Positions 39,031-54,575 of a stretch of DNA of 64,000 bases are shown in pieces. The position numbers were made by a program, and so were the translations under genes. The notes under the pieces are model-generated. The model did no database searches, was not told the origin of the DNA, and worked only from the letters and a program-made list of their open reading frames with translations. The stretch spans positions 46,004,001-46,068,000 of the forward strand of contig NC_043000.1 of assembly GCF_006345805.1 (NCBI RefSeq). Direction: 5' to 3'. This stretch comes from Octopus sinensis. Its lineage: Eukaryota. How positions within the stretch are numbered: the stretch's first letter is position 1; each line of letters begins with the position of its first letter.

Positions 39031-42000
39031 GAGAACATTAATCTAGACGGCTAAAGACGAATGTCCAGCACAGTTTCCTGGTGCATGGTACTGAGGTTTC
39101 TCAGAACCTAGCCATATATTTAACGTAGAACGAGGAGGTGGGGGCAGTAAGGACAATGAGCTCAATGAAAAGTAGTCTGTATAAAAGATATTGGATAAAC
39201 ATTTTTGATTTAAAGTGTCTGGTGAAAATATTGAAAAGGTTGGCTGAAAATGTTTCCTAAAAATGAGTGATGGAAATGATTCATGAACATGTTTGACGAA
39301 AATATTTCATGAAAATGTTTGATAAAAATGTTCGATGAAAATATCTGATGAAAATGTGTAATGAAAATGTATGATGAAAATGTTTGATGAAAATGTCTAA
39401 TGACAATGTTTAATAAAAATGTTTGATGAATATGTTTCATGGAAATGTTTGATGAAAATGTTTGATAAAAATGTCTGATGAAAATATCTGATGAAAATGT
39501 TTGATGAAAATATCGGATAAAAATGTTTGATGAATATGTCTGATAAAAATGTTTGATGAAGATATTTGATAAGTTTTATGAAAATGTTTGATGAAAATGT
39601 TTGATGAAAATGTCTGATGAAAATATCTGAAAATCCTTGATGAAAACGTTTGATGAAAATGTCTGATGAAGATGTCTGATGAAAATTTTTCATGAAGATA
39701 TCTGATGAAAATGTATGATGAAAATGTTTGATGAAAATGTCTAATGACGATGTTTAATAAAAATGTTTGATGAATATGTTTGATGGAAATGTTTGATGAA
39801 AATGTTCGATAAAAATGTCTGATGAAAATATCTGATGAATATGTCTGATAAAAATGTTTGATGAAGATATTTGATAAAAAATTTTATGAAAATGCTTGAT
39901 AAAAATGTTTGATGAAAATGTCTGATGAAAATATCTCAAGAAAATCCTTGATGAAAATGTTTGATGAAAATGTCTGATGAAGATGTCTGATGAAAATTTT
40001 TCATGAAGATATCTGATGAAAATGTCTGATGAAAATATCTGATCAAAATATTTGATAAACATGATTGATGAAAATGTTTTATAAAAATGTTTGATGAAAA
40101 TGTCTGAAGAAAATGACTGATGAAAATGTTTGATGAAAATGCCTGATGAAAATGTTTGAGAAAAATGTTTGATGAAAATCGTCGATTAAAATGTCTAATG
40201 AAAATGTCGGATAAAATGCCTGATGAAAAAGTTTGTTGAAAATGTTTAATGAAAATGTCAAATGAAAATGTTTGATGAAAATGTTGGATAAAAATGTTTG
40301 ATGAAAAGTTTGATGAAAATGTTTCATGAAAATGTCTGAAGAAATGTTTGATGAAAATGTTTCAAAAAAAATTTTCATCAGATGTATTCAACAAACATCA
40401 AAAATTGCAGCAAATATTTTCATCAGATATATTCATCAAATTTTCCTGAACCATGTTCATCAAACATTTTCATCAAAGATTTTCTTCAAACATTTTCATG
40501 AAACATGTTCATCAAACATTTTCATCGAACATTTTCATGAAACATTTTCATAAAACATTTTATCAAATATTTTCTTCAAATATTTTCATCAAACATTTCC
40601 ATTAGATATTTTCATCAAGCATTTTAACAAATATTTTCATCAAACATTTTCATCAGACATTTTCATCAAGTTCAAAAAAATGTTTGGTTAAAATGTTTGA
40701 TAAACTGTTTCATGAATATGTATTATGAAAATGATAGATGAAAATATCTGTTGAAAATGTTTCATGAAAGTGTTTGATGAAAATGTTTGATGAAATTATT
40801 TTATGAAAATGTTTGAAGATAATGTCTGATTAAAATGTTTGATGAAAATGTTTCATGAAAATGTTTAATAAAAATGTTTGATGAAAATATTTCATTGACA
40901 TATTTGACGAAAACGTTTGAAAAAATTTGTTTGAAGAAAATGTCTGATGAAAATGTTTGATGAAAAAGTTTGACGAAAATGTTTGATAAAAATGATGGAT
41001 GAGAATGTTCGATGAAAATGACTGATGAAAATGTTTGAAGATAAAACTTGATGAAATGTCTGATGAAAATGTTTCACAAAGTTTCATGAAAATGTTTGAT
41101 GTAAGGTCTAATGAAAATGTTAAATAAAGATGCTTGATAAACATGTCTGATGAAAATGTTTGATGAAGATGCTTGATGAAAATGTCCAATGACAGTGTTT
41201 AATAAAAATGTTTGATGAAAATGTCTGAAGAAAATGTCTGATGAAAATGTTTGATGAAAATGTCTGATGAAAATATCTGAGGAAAATGTTTGATGAAATG
41301 TTTGATAAAAATGTTTGACAAAAAGGTTTGATGAAAGTGTCAAAATATTCATCAGATGTATTCAAAAAACATCAAAAATTGCAGCAAATATTTTCATCAA
41401 ATATTTTCCTGAACAATTTTCATCACACATTTTCTTCAAACATTTTCGGGAAACATGTTCATCAAACGTTTTCATGAAACATTTTCATGAAACATTTTCT
41501 TCAAACATTTTCATGAAACATGTTCATCAAATATTTTCATCGAACATTTTCATGAAACATTTTTATGAAACATTTTCTTCAAATATTTTCATCAAGCATT
41601 TTCATTAGATAAAGCATTTTAACAAATATTTTCATCAAACATTTTCATCAGACATTTTCATCAAGTTCAAAAAAATGTTTGGTTACAATGTTTGATAAAC
41701 TGTTTCATGAATATGTATTATGAAAATGATAGATGAAAATATCTGCTGAAAATGTTTCATGAAAGTGTTTGATGAAAATGTTTGATGAAATTATTTTATG
41801 AAAATGTTTGAAGATAATGTCTGATGAAAATGTTTGATGAAAATGTTTCATGAAAATGTTTAATAAAAATGTTTGATGAAAATATTTCATTGACATATTT
41901 GACGAAAACATTTCAAAAAATTTGTTTGAAGAAAATGTCTGATGAAAATGTTTGATGAAAAAGTTTGACGAAAATGTTTGATAAAAATGACGGATGAGAA

Positions 42001-45000
42001 TGTTCGATGAACATGTCTGATGAAAATGTTTGAAGATAAAACTTGATGAAATGTTTCAAAAAGTTTCATGAAAATGTTTGATGTAAGGTCTAATGAAAAT
42101 GTTAAATAAAGATGCTTGATTAACATGTCTGATGAAAATGTTTGATGAAGATGCTTGATGAAAATGTCCAATGACAATGTTTAATAAAAATGTTTGATGA
42201 AAATGTTTGATGGAAATGTTTGATGAAAATGTTTGATAAAAATGTCTGATGAAAATGTTTGATGAAGATATTTGATAAAAAGTTTTATGAAAATGTTTGA
42301 TGAAAATGTCTGATGAAAATGTTTAATGAAAAAGTTTAATAAAAATGTATGATGAAATTGTCTAATGAAAATATCTGAAGAAAATGCTTGATGAAAATGC
42401 TTGATGAAAATGCCTGATGAAGATGTCTGATGAAAATCTTTCATGAAGATATCTGATGAAAATGTCTGATTAAAATATTTGATAAACATGTTTGATGAAA
42501 ATGTTTAATAAAAATGTTTGATGAAAATGTCTGAAGAAAATGTCTGATGAAAATGTTTGATGAAAATGTCTGACGAAAATGTTTGAGGAAAATGTTTGAT
42601 GAAATGTTTGATAAAAATGTTTGACAAAAAGGTTTGATGAAAGTGTCAAAATATTCATCAGATGTATTCAACAAACATGAAAAATGCAGCAAATATTTTC
42701 AACAAATATTTTCCTGAACAATTTTCATCAAACATTTTCTTCAAACATTTTCATGAAACATGTTCAAACATTTTCATCGAACATTTTCATGAAACATTTT
42801 ATCGAACATTTTCTTTAAACGTTTCATCAGACATTTTCATCAAATACATTATCAAATATCTTAATCAAACATTTTCATTACATATTTTCATCAAGCATTT
42901 TAACAAATATTTTCATGAAACATTTTCATGAAACATTTTCTTCAGATATTTTCATCAGACATTTTCATCAAGTTCAAACAAATGTTTGGTTAAAATGTTT
43001 GATAAGCTGTTTCATGAATATGTATTATGAAAATGATAGATGAAAATATCTGCTGAAAATGTTTCATGAAAGTGTTTGATGAAAATGTTTGATGAAATTA
43101 TTTTATGAAAATGTTTGAAGATAATGTCTGATGAAAATGTTTGATGAAAATGTTTCATGAAAATGTTTAATAAAAATGTTTGATGAAAATATTTCATTGA
43201 CATATTTGACGAAAACGTTTGAAAAAATTTGTCTGAAGAAAATGTCTGATGAAAATGTTTGATGAAAAAGTTTGACGAAAATGTTTGATAAAAATGACGG
43301 ATAAGAATGTTCGATGAAAATGTCTGATGAAAATGTTTAAAGATAAAACTTGATGAAATGTCTGATGAAAATGTTTCAAAAAGTTTCATGAAAATGATTG
43401 ATGTAAGGTCTAATGAAAATGTTAAATAAAGATGCTTGATAAACATGTCTGATGAAAATGTTTGATGAAAATGCTTGATGAAAATGTCCAATGACAATGT
43501 TTAATAAAAATGTTTGATGAAAATGTTTGATGGAAATGTTTGATGAAAATATTTGATAAAAATGTTTGACAAAAGGGTTTGATGAAAGTGTCAAAATATT
43601 CATCAGATGTATTCAAAAAACATCAAAAATTGCAGCAAATATTTTCATCAGATATTTTCCTGAACAATTTTCATCAAACATTTTCTTCAAACATTTTGAT
43701 GAAACATGTTCATCAAACATTTTCATCGAATATTTTCATGAAACATTTTATCAAACATTTTCTTCAAACGTTTTCATCAGACATTTTCATCAAATACATT
43801 ATCAAATATCTTAATCAAATATTTTCATTACATATTTTCATCAAGCATTTTAACAAATATTTTCATCAAACATTTTCTTCATATATTTTCATCAGACATT
43901 TTCATCAAGTTCAAAAAAATGTTTGGTTAAAATGTTTGATTAACTGTTACATGAAAATGTTTTAGGAAAATGTTAGATGAAAATATCTACTGAAAATGTT
44001 TGATGAAATTATTTTATGAAAATGTTTGATGAAAATGTTTGATGAAAATGTTTGATAAAAATATTTGATGAAAATATTTGAAGATAATGTCTGAAGAAAA
44101 TGTCTGATGAAAATGTTTGATGAAAAAGTTTGATGAAAATGTTTGATAAAAATGACGGATGAAAATGTCTGATGAAAATGTTTGAAGAAAAAACTTGATA
44201 AAATGTCTGAATGAAAATGTTTGAAAATGTTTCATGAAAATGTTTGATGTAAGGTCTAATGAAAATGTTAAATGAAGATGCTTGAAGAACATGTCTGATG
44301 AAAATGTTTGATGAAGATGCTTGATGAAAATGTCTAATGACAATGTTTAATAAAAATGTTTGATGAAAATGTTTGATGGAAACGTTTGATAAAAATGTTT
44401 GATAAAAATGTCTGATGAAGATATTTGATAATAGGTTTTATGAAAATGTTTGATGAGAATGTCTGATGAAAATATCTGAACAAAATGCTTGAGGAAAATG
44501 CTTGATGAAAATGCTGGATGAAGATGGCTGATAAAAATCTTTCATGAAGATATCTGATGAAAATGTCTGATTAAAATATTTGATAAACATGTTTGATGAA
44601 AATGTTTAATAAAAATATTTGATGAAAATGTCTGAAGAAAATGTCTGATGAAAATGTTTGATGAAATTGTCTCATGAAAATATTTGAGGAAAATGTTAGA
44701 TAAAAATGTTTGTTGAAAATGTTCGATGAAAATGTTTGATGAAAATGTTTTTTGAAAATGTTTCATGAAAATGTCTGATGGAAAAGCTTGATGAAAATGT
44801 TTGATGAAAATATTTGATTGAAATATTTTATAAAAATTTTTGATAAAAATGTCCGATGAAAATGTCTGATGAAAATGATTGATGAAAATGTCTGATAAAA
44901 ATGTTGGATAAAAATGTCTGATGAAAATGTTTTTTGAAAATGTTTTTTGAAAATGTTTTTTGAAAATGTTCGATGGAAAATGTTTGATGAAAATGTTTGA

Positions 45001-45389
45001 TGAAAATATTTTGAGGAATATTATGGAAATCTTGATGAAAATGTCTGATGAAAATATCTGATGAAAATGTATCATGAAAATGTTTGAAGAAGATGTCTAA
45101 AAAATGTTTGATTACAATGATTGATGAAAATGTTTGATGAAAATATAAAAATATCTTATGAAAATGTTTGATAGAAATGTTTGATGAAAATGTTTGATAA
45201 AAATTCTCTATAAAAATGTCCGATAAATATTGTCTGATGAAAATGTGTGATGAATATATTTGAAGAAAATGTTTGATGGAAAGGTTTGATCAAAATATCG
45301 GATGAAAATGCTTGATGAATAAGTCTCATGAAAATGATTGATGAAAATATTTGATTAAATGTTCCATTAAAATGTCTGATGACAATGTT

Positions 45390-48230
45390 TGATAAAAATT
45401 TCTAATGAAAATCTTACATGAAAGTGTTTGATGAACGTGTATGCTAAAAATGTTTGATGAAAATATCTGATGCAAATGTCTGAAAAAAATGTCTGATGAA
45501 AATGTTTGATGAAAATCTCTAACGAAAATGTCTGATAGAAATGTTGAATAAAAATGTCTGAGGAAAATATTTGTTGAAAATGTTCGATGGAAATATGTGA
45601 TGAAAATGTATGATGAAAATGTTTGATGGAAATGTTTGATGAAAATGTCTGATGGAAAAGCTTCATGAAATTATTTGGTGAAAATATTGGATGGAAATAT
45701 TTTATGAAAACTTTTGATAAAAATGACGAATGAAAATGTCTGATGAAAATGTTTGATGAAAATGTCTGATGAAAATGTTTGATGAAAAAGCTTGATAAAA
45801 TGTTTCATAAAAATGTTTCACTAAAAGGCTTGATGAAAGTGTCAAAATTTTCATCAATATATACAATAAACATCATAAATTGATGCAAATATTTTCATAA
45901 GATATATATTCATCAAATATTTTCCTGAAATATTTTCATCAAACATTTTAATCAAACATTTTCTTCAAACATTTTCACCAAACATGTTCAGACATTTTCA
46001 TCGAACATTTTCATGAAACATTTTCATGAATCATTTTATCAGATATTTTCTCCAAAAAGTTTCATCAGACATTTTCATCAAACATTTTATCAAATATTTT
46101 CATCAAACACTTTCATCAGACATTTTCATCCGGCATTTTTTCAAATATTTTCATCAAACATTTTCATCAAACATTTTCTTCAGATATTTTCATCTGACAT
46201 TTTCATCAAATTCAACAAAATGTTTGGATAAAATGTTTGATAAATTGATTCATGAAAATGTTTTATGAAAATGTTCGATGAAAATATCTATTGAAATTGT
46301 TTCATGAAAATGCTTGATGAAAATGTTAAATGAAGATGCTTGTAGAACACGTCTGGGGAAAATGTTTGATGATGATGCTTGATGAAAATGTCTGATGAAA
46401 ATGTTTGGAGAAAATGTTCGATGAAAATATCTGACGAAAATATTTGATGAAATTGTCTGATGAAAATCTTAGTCGAAAATGTTTTATGAACATGTATGGT
46501 GAAAATGTTTGATTAAAATGTGTGATGAAAATGTCAGAAGAAAATGTTTAATGAAAATATTGATGAAAATGTTTGATGAAAATGTGTAATGAAAATCTTA
46601 CATGAAAATGTTTGATGAAAATGTATGATATTAATGTCTGTTCAAAATGTTTAATGAACATGTTTCATAAAAATGTTTGATGAAAATATCCAACGAAATT
46701 GTTTCACGAAAGTGTTTGGTGAAAATGTTTGATGAAAAAAATATTTTACGAAAATGTTTGATGAAAATGTTTGATGGAAATGTTTGATGAAAATGTTTGA
46801 TGAAAATGTTTGATGAAAATGTCTGATGAAAATGTTTGATAAAAATTTCTAATGAAAATCTTACATGAAAATGTTTGATGAAAATGTATGATGAAAATGT
46901 TTGATGAAAATATCTGATGCAAATGTCTGAAAAAAATGTCTGATGAAAATGTTTGATGAAAATCTCTAACGAAAATGTCTGATAGAAATGTTGAATAAAA
47001 TGTCTGAGGAAAATATTTGTTGAAAATGTTCGATGGAAATATGTGATGAAAATGTATGATGAAAATGTTTGATGAAAATGTTTGATGAAAATGTCTGATG
47101 GAAAAGCTTCATGAAATTATTTGGTGAAAATATTGGATGGAAATATTTTATGAAAACTTTTGATAAAAATGACGAATGAAAATGTCTGATGAAAATGTTT
47201 GATGAAAATGTCTGATGAAAATGTTTGATGAAAAAGCTTGATAAAATGTTTCATAAAAATGTTTCACTAAAAGGCTTGATGAAAGTGTCAAAATTTTCAT
47301 CAAATATATACAATAAACATCATAAATTGATGCAAATATTTTCATAAGATATATATTCATCAAATATTTTCCTGAAATATTTTCATCAAACATTTTAATC
47401 AAACATTTTCTTCAAACATTTTCACCAAACATGTTCAGACATTTTCATCGAACATTTTCATGAAACATTTTCATGAATCATTTTATCAGATATTTTCTCC
47501 AAAAAGTTTCATCAGACATTTTCATCAAACATTTTATCAAATATTTTCATCAAACACTTTCATCAGACATTTTCATCCGGCATTTTTTCAAATATTTTCA
47601 TCAAACATTTTCATCAAACATTTTCATCAAACATTTTCTTCAGATATTTTCATCTGACATTTTCATCAAATTCAACAAAATGTTTGGATAAAATGTTTGA
47701 TAAATTGTTTCATGAAAATGTTTTATGAAAATGTTCGATGAAAATATCTATTGAAATTGTTTCATGAAAATGCTTGATGAAAATGTTAAATGAAGATGCT
47801 TGTAGAACACGTCTGGGGAAAATGTTTGATGATGATGCTTGATGAAAATGTCTGATGAAAATGTTTGGAGAAAATGTTCGATGAAAATATCTGACGAAAA
47901 TATTTGATGAAATTGTCTGATGAAAATCTTAGTCGAAAATGTTTTATGAACATGTATGGTGAAAATGTTTGATTAAAATGTGTGATGAAAATGTCAGAAG
48001 AAAATGTTTAATGAAAATATTGATGAAAATGTTGATGAAAATGTGTAATGAAAATCTTACATGAAAATGTTTGATGAAAATGTATGATATTAATGTCTGT
48101 TCAAAATGTTTAATGAACATGTTTCATAAAAATGTTTGATGAAAATATCCAACGAAATTGTTTCACGAAAGTGTTTGGTGAAAATGTTTGATGAAAAAAA
48201 TATTTTACGAAAATGTTTGATGAAAATGTC
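45390..48230. repeat. Near-identical tandem duplication, period ~1447 bp
   Basis: Junctions at 45843/47290; near-identical ORFs at 46013/47460 and 46026/47473; motif at 45394/46841. Confidence 0.9.
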
Positions 48231-51200
48231 TGATGAAAATATTTGATGAAAATGTTTGAATAAAATGTCTGATGAAGTTGTTTGAAGAAAATGTTTGATG
48301 AAAATGATTGATGAATATTTTATGAAAATACTTGCTGCAATTTTTGATGTTTTTTAAATTTATATTATGGAAATCTTGATGAAAATGTCTGATAAAAATA
48401 TCTGAAGATGTTTCATGAAAATGTTTGATGAAAATGTTTCATGAAAATGTTTGAAGAAAATGTTTCATGGAAATGTTTGAAGAAGATGTCTGCGGAAAAT
48501 GTTTGATGACAATGATTGATGAAAATGTTTGATGGAAATTTTAAAATATTTCATGAAAATATATGATAGAAATGCTTGATGAAATTGTTTGATAAAAATT
48601 CTGTTAAAAATGTCTGATAAATATAGTCTGATGATAATGACTGATGAAAATGTGTGATGAATATATTTGAGGAAAATGTTTGTTGAAAAGGTTTGATGAA
48701 AATGTCGGATGAAAATGCATGATGGATAAGTCTCATGAAAATGTTTGATGAAAATAATTGATTAAATGTTTCATTAAAACGTCTGATGACAATGTTTGAT
48801 AAAAATTTCTAATGAAAATATTACAAGAAAATGTTTGATGAACGTGTATGATGAAAATGTTTGATGAAAATGTGTGATGCAAATGTCTGAAGAAAATTTC
48901 TGATTAAAATGTTTGATGAAAATGTTTGATGAAAATGTCTTGTGAAAAAGTCTCCTGAAAATGTATGAGGAAAATGTCTGATGAAAATGTTTGATAAAAA
49001 TGTTTGATGAAAATGATTGATTAAAATGTTTGAATAACATGTTTCATGAAAATGCTTGATGAAAATGTCCGATGAAAATGTCTGATGAAAATGTTTGATG
49101 TATATGTCTGATCAAAATGTTTGATGAAAATGTTTGAAGAAAATATTGGAGGAAAATGTCTGATAAAAATGTTTGATGAAAATGCTTGAGGAATATGTCT
49201 GATGAAAATATTTTATGAAAATGTCATGAAAATGTTTCATGAAAATGTTTGATGGAAAAGTTTGAGGAAAATGTTTGATGAAAATGTTCGATGAACGTGT
49301 ATGATGAAAACGTTTGATGGAAATGTCTGATGCAAATGTTTGGTAAAAATGTTTGATGAAAATTTTTGATGAAAATATCTGATGAAAATGTCTGATGAAA
49401 ATGTTTGATGAAAATATATATTGAAAACTTTCACGAAAGTGTTTCATGAAAATGTTTCATGTAAATGTTTTATGAAAATGTTTGATGAAAAGGTTTGATG
49501 AAAATGTCTGATTAAAATGTTTGATGAAAGTATTTGAAGAAAATATCTGATGAAAATGTTTGATGAAAATGTTTCATCAAAATGTCTGATGACAATGTTT
49601 ATTAAATATATTTGATGAAAATATTTGATGGAAATGTTTGAGGAAATTGTTCGACAAAAATTGTCTGATGAAAATGTCTGATGAATAAGTTTGATAAAAA
49701 TGTTTGATGAAAATGTCTGATGAAAATGTCTGATGAAAATGTTTGATGAAAATGTCTGATGAAATTTTTGATGAAAATATTTGAAAATATTTCATGATAA
49801 TATTGGAAATGATTGATTAAAATGCTTGAAAAACATGTCTGATGATGAAGCTTGTTGAAAGTGTTTTATGAAAATATTTCATGAAAATTTCTGGTGAAAA
49901 TCTAAGATGAAAATGTTTGATGAACATGTACGAGGAAAGTGTTTGATAAAAATATCTGATGAAAATGTCAGAAAATGCTTGATGAAAATGTTTGATGGGA
50001 ATCTGTAATGAAAATCTGAGATGAAAATGTAGGATGAAAATGTCTGATGAGAATATTTCATGAAAGTGTTTCATGAAAATGATTTATAAAAAAGATATAT
50101 GAAAATGTTTGAGGAAAATGTTTGATGAAAATGTCTCATAACATTGTTTAATAAAAAATATTTGATGAATATGTTTGATGGAAATGTTTGATGAAAATGT
50201 CTCATAAAAATCGTCTGATGAAAATGATTGATGAAAATGTTTGTTGAATATGTATAAAGAAAGTGTTTCATAAAAATGTTTGATGAAAATGTCAGATGAA
50301 AATGTTTGATGGAAATGTCTGATTAAACTGTTTGATGAAAATGTTTGACAAAATGTTTAATGAAAATTTATGAAAATGTTTGACTTAAATGTTCAAGAAA
50401 AATGTTTGATGAAAATGATTGAGGAATCTGTCTGATGAAAATGATCCCTGAACGTGTATGGTGAAATTTTTTTGATAAAAACGTCAGATGAAAATGTCTG
50501 ATGGAAATGTTTGATGAAAATGTTTTATGAAAATGTTTGTTGAAAATGTTTGATGAAAATGTTTAATGAAAATGTTGGAGGAATATATTTGATGAATATA
50601 TTTGTAAAAAATATTTACTGATATTTTTGATGTTTGTTGAATATATTTCATGAAAGTTTTGATGAAAATGTTTGATGAAAGCATTTTAATAAAATATGTT
50701 AAACAGACATTTTCACCAAACATTTTCATCAAACATTTTATCAAACATATTCATCACACATTTTCATCAGAGATTTTCATAAAACATTTTCATCAAATAT
50801 TTTATCAAACGTATTCATCAGACATGTTTATCAAATATTTTCACCAGACATTTTCATCAGACGTTTTCATCAAACAATTTCATCAGACATTTTCATCAAA
50901 CATTTTCATTAGACATTTTCATCAGACATTTTATCAAACATATTCATCAGACATTTTTATCAGACATATTCATCAAGCATTTTCATCACACGTTCATCAA
51001 ACATTTTCATCCAAGATTCAGACATTTTCAACAAACATTTTCATAAAAAATTTTCATGAAAGATTTACAAATTTTTTATTCAAATATTTTAGTCAGAAAT
51101 TATCAAACAATTTAAATCAAAGAATTTCATCAAACATGTTCATCAGACATTTTCATCAAACATTTTCATCAGACATTTTCATCAAACAATTTCATCAGAC

Positions 51201-51929
51201 GTTTTCATCAGATGTTTTCATCAGATAATTTATCAAACATTCACCAGACGTTTTCATCAGATATTTTCATCAAACATTTTCATCAGACATTTTCATCATC
51301 AATTTCATTAGACATTTTCATCAAACATTTTCATCAAACAATTTCATCAGACATTTTCATCAAACATTTTCATCAAACAATTTCAACAAACATTTTCATC
51401 AAACATTTTCATCAAATATTTTGTTCAAACAATTTCATCGCACATTTTCATGAGACATTTTCATCAGACATTTTCTTCAGACGTTTATATCAAACATTTT
51501 CTTCCGACATTTTCATCAAACATTTTCATGACACACGTTCATCAAACATTTTCATCTAAGATTCTCATCAGACATTTTCAACAAACATTTTCATGAAACA
51601 TTTTCATCAAACATTTTCAACGAACATTTTCATCAAATAAATTCAACATACATCAAAATTTTCGGCAAATGTTTTCATCGAATATATTCATCAAATATTT
51701 TTGTGAAGCATTTTCAATTTCATCAGACAATTTCGCTAGACATTTTCCTCAAACATTTTCACCAGACATTTTCATCAGAAATTTCCATTAGACATTTTCA
51801 TCACACATTTTATTAAACATTTCCATCAGACATTATCATCAAGCATTTTAATCAAACATGTTAATCAGGTATTTTCATCAGACATTTTCATCAGACACTT
51901 TAATCAAACATTTTCATCAAACATTTTCA

Positions 51930-53340
51930 ACAAACATTTTCATCAGACATTTTCATCAAACATTTTCATCAGACATTTTAATCAAACATTTTCATCAAAC
52001 ATTTACATCAGAAATTTTCATCATACATTTTCTTCAGACATTTGCCTAAAACATTTTCATTAAACATTTTCATCACACACGTTCATCAAACATTTTCATC
52101 CAAGATTCTTATCAGACATTTACACCAGACATTTTCAACAAACATTTTCCTGAAACATTTTCATGAAAGATTTTCATCAAATATTTTATTCAAACATTTT
52201 AATCAGACATCATCAAACAATTTCATCAAACATTTTCATCAGACATTTTCATCAAAAATCAAACACCAAACATTTTCATCACACACGTTCATCAAACATT
52301 TTCATCCAAGATTCTCAGCAGACATTTACATGAGACATGTTCCACAAACATTTTCATGAAACATTTTCATGAAAGATTTTCATCAAATATTTTATTCAAA
52401 CATTTTAATCAGACATCATCAAACAATTTAATCAAACAATTTCATCAGACATTTTCATCAAACATTTTCATGAAACAATTTCATCAGACATTTTCATCAA
52501 ACATTTTCAACAAACATTTTCATCAGACATTTTCATCAGACATTTTTTTCAAACAATTTCTTCAGACATATTCATCAAACATTTTCATCACACATTTTAT
52601 TAAACATTTCCATCAGACATTATCATCAAGCATTTTAATCAAACATGTTAATCAGGTATTTTCATCAGACACTTTAATCAAACATTTTCATCAAACATTT
52701 TCAACAAACATTTTCATCAGACATTTTCATCAAACATTTTCATCATACATGTTAATCAGATATTTTCATCAAACATTTACATCAGAAATTTTCATCATAC
52801 ATTTTCTTCAGACATTTGCCTAAAACATTTTCATTAAACATTTTCATCACACACGTTCATCAAACATTTTCATCCAAGATTCTTATCAGACATTTACACC
52901 AGACATTTTCAACAAACATTTTCCTGAAACATTTTCATGAAAGATTTTCATCAAATATTTTATTCAAACATTTTAATCAGACATCATCAAACAATTTCAT
53001 CAAACATTTTCATCAGACATTTTCATCAAAAATCAAACACCAAACATTTTCATCACACACGTTCATCAAACATTTTCATCCAAGATTCTCAGCAGACATT
53101 TACATGAGACATGTTCCACAAACATTTTCATGAAACATTTTCATGAAAGATTTTCATCAAATATTTTATTCAAACATTTTAATCAGACATCATCAAACAA
53201 TTTAATCAAACAATTTCATCAGACATTTTCATCAAACATTTTCATGAAACAATTTCATCAGACATTTTCATCAAACATTTTCAACAAACAATTTCATCGG
53301 ACATTTTCATCAGACATTTTTTCAAACAATTTCTTCAGAC
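51930..53340. repeat. Near-identical tandem duplication, period 774 bp
   Basis: Identical 105-aa pseudo-ORFs at 52042 and 52816; matching starts at 52356 and 53130. Confidence 0.9.
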
Positions 53341-54575
53341 ATATTCATCAAACATTTTCATCACACATTTTCATCAGACATTTTATCAAACTTATTCATC
53401 AGATATTTTCAAACATTTTCATCAAACATTTTCATCAAACAATTTCATCAGACATTTTCATCAGACATTTTCATCAGACATTTTCATCAGACATTTTCAT
53501 CAAACATTTTCATTAGTCATTTTCATCAGACATTTTATCAAACATATCATACATTTTCATCAGACATTTTCCTCAAACATTTTCATCAGACATTTTCATC
53601 AGACATTTTCATCAAACAATTTCATCAGACATTTTCATAAAACATTTTCATCTCACACGTTCATCAAACATTTTCATCCAAGATTCAGACATTTTCAACA
53701 AACATTTTCATAAAACATTCTCATGAAAGATTTTAATTAAATATTTTTTTCAAACATGTTAATGAGACATTTTCATCAAATATTATCAGCAAACATTTTC
53801 ATTAGACATTTTCATCAAACATTTTCATCAAATTTTTTCATGAGACATTTTCATTAAACATTTTCATCAGACATTTTCACCATACGTTTCCATCAAACAT
53901 TTTCATCAAACATTTTAATCAAACATTTTCAACGAATATTTTCATTAAATAAATTCAACATACATCAAACTTTTGGGCAAAAGTTTTCATCGAATATATT
54001 CATCAAATATTTTCGTGAAAACTTTTCATTTTCATCAGACAATTTCACTAGATATTCTCCTCAATATTTACATCAAACATTTTCTTCATACATTTTCATC
54101 AGACATTTTCATCAGAAATTTTCATTAGGCGTTTTCCTAAAACATTTTATCAAACATTTTCATCAGACATTTTCATCAAACATTTTATAATTCATATTCA
54201 TCAGACATTTTCATCAAACATTTTCATCAGACATTTTCATCAAACATTTTATAATTCATATTCATCAGACATTTTCATGAAACATTTTCATCAGACATTT
54301 CATAAAATAATTTCATCATACACGTTCATCAAACATTTTCATCTAAGATTTTCATCAGACATTTCCATCAGACATATTTATCATGCATTTTCATCAAACA
54401 TGTTCATCAAAAGTTTCATGAAATATATTCAACAAACATCTAAAATTGCAGCAAAATTTTCAACAGATATATTTCATCAAATATTTTCCTGAAACATTTC
54501 CATCAAACATTTTCATCAGACAATTTAATCAGACATTTTCATCAAACATTTTTAATAATCATTTTCATCAAACAT

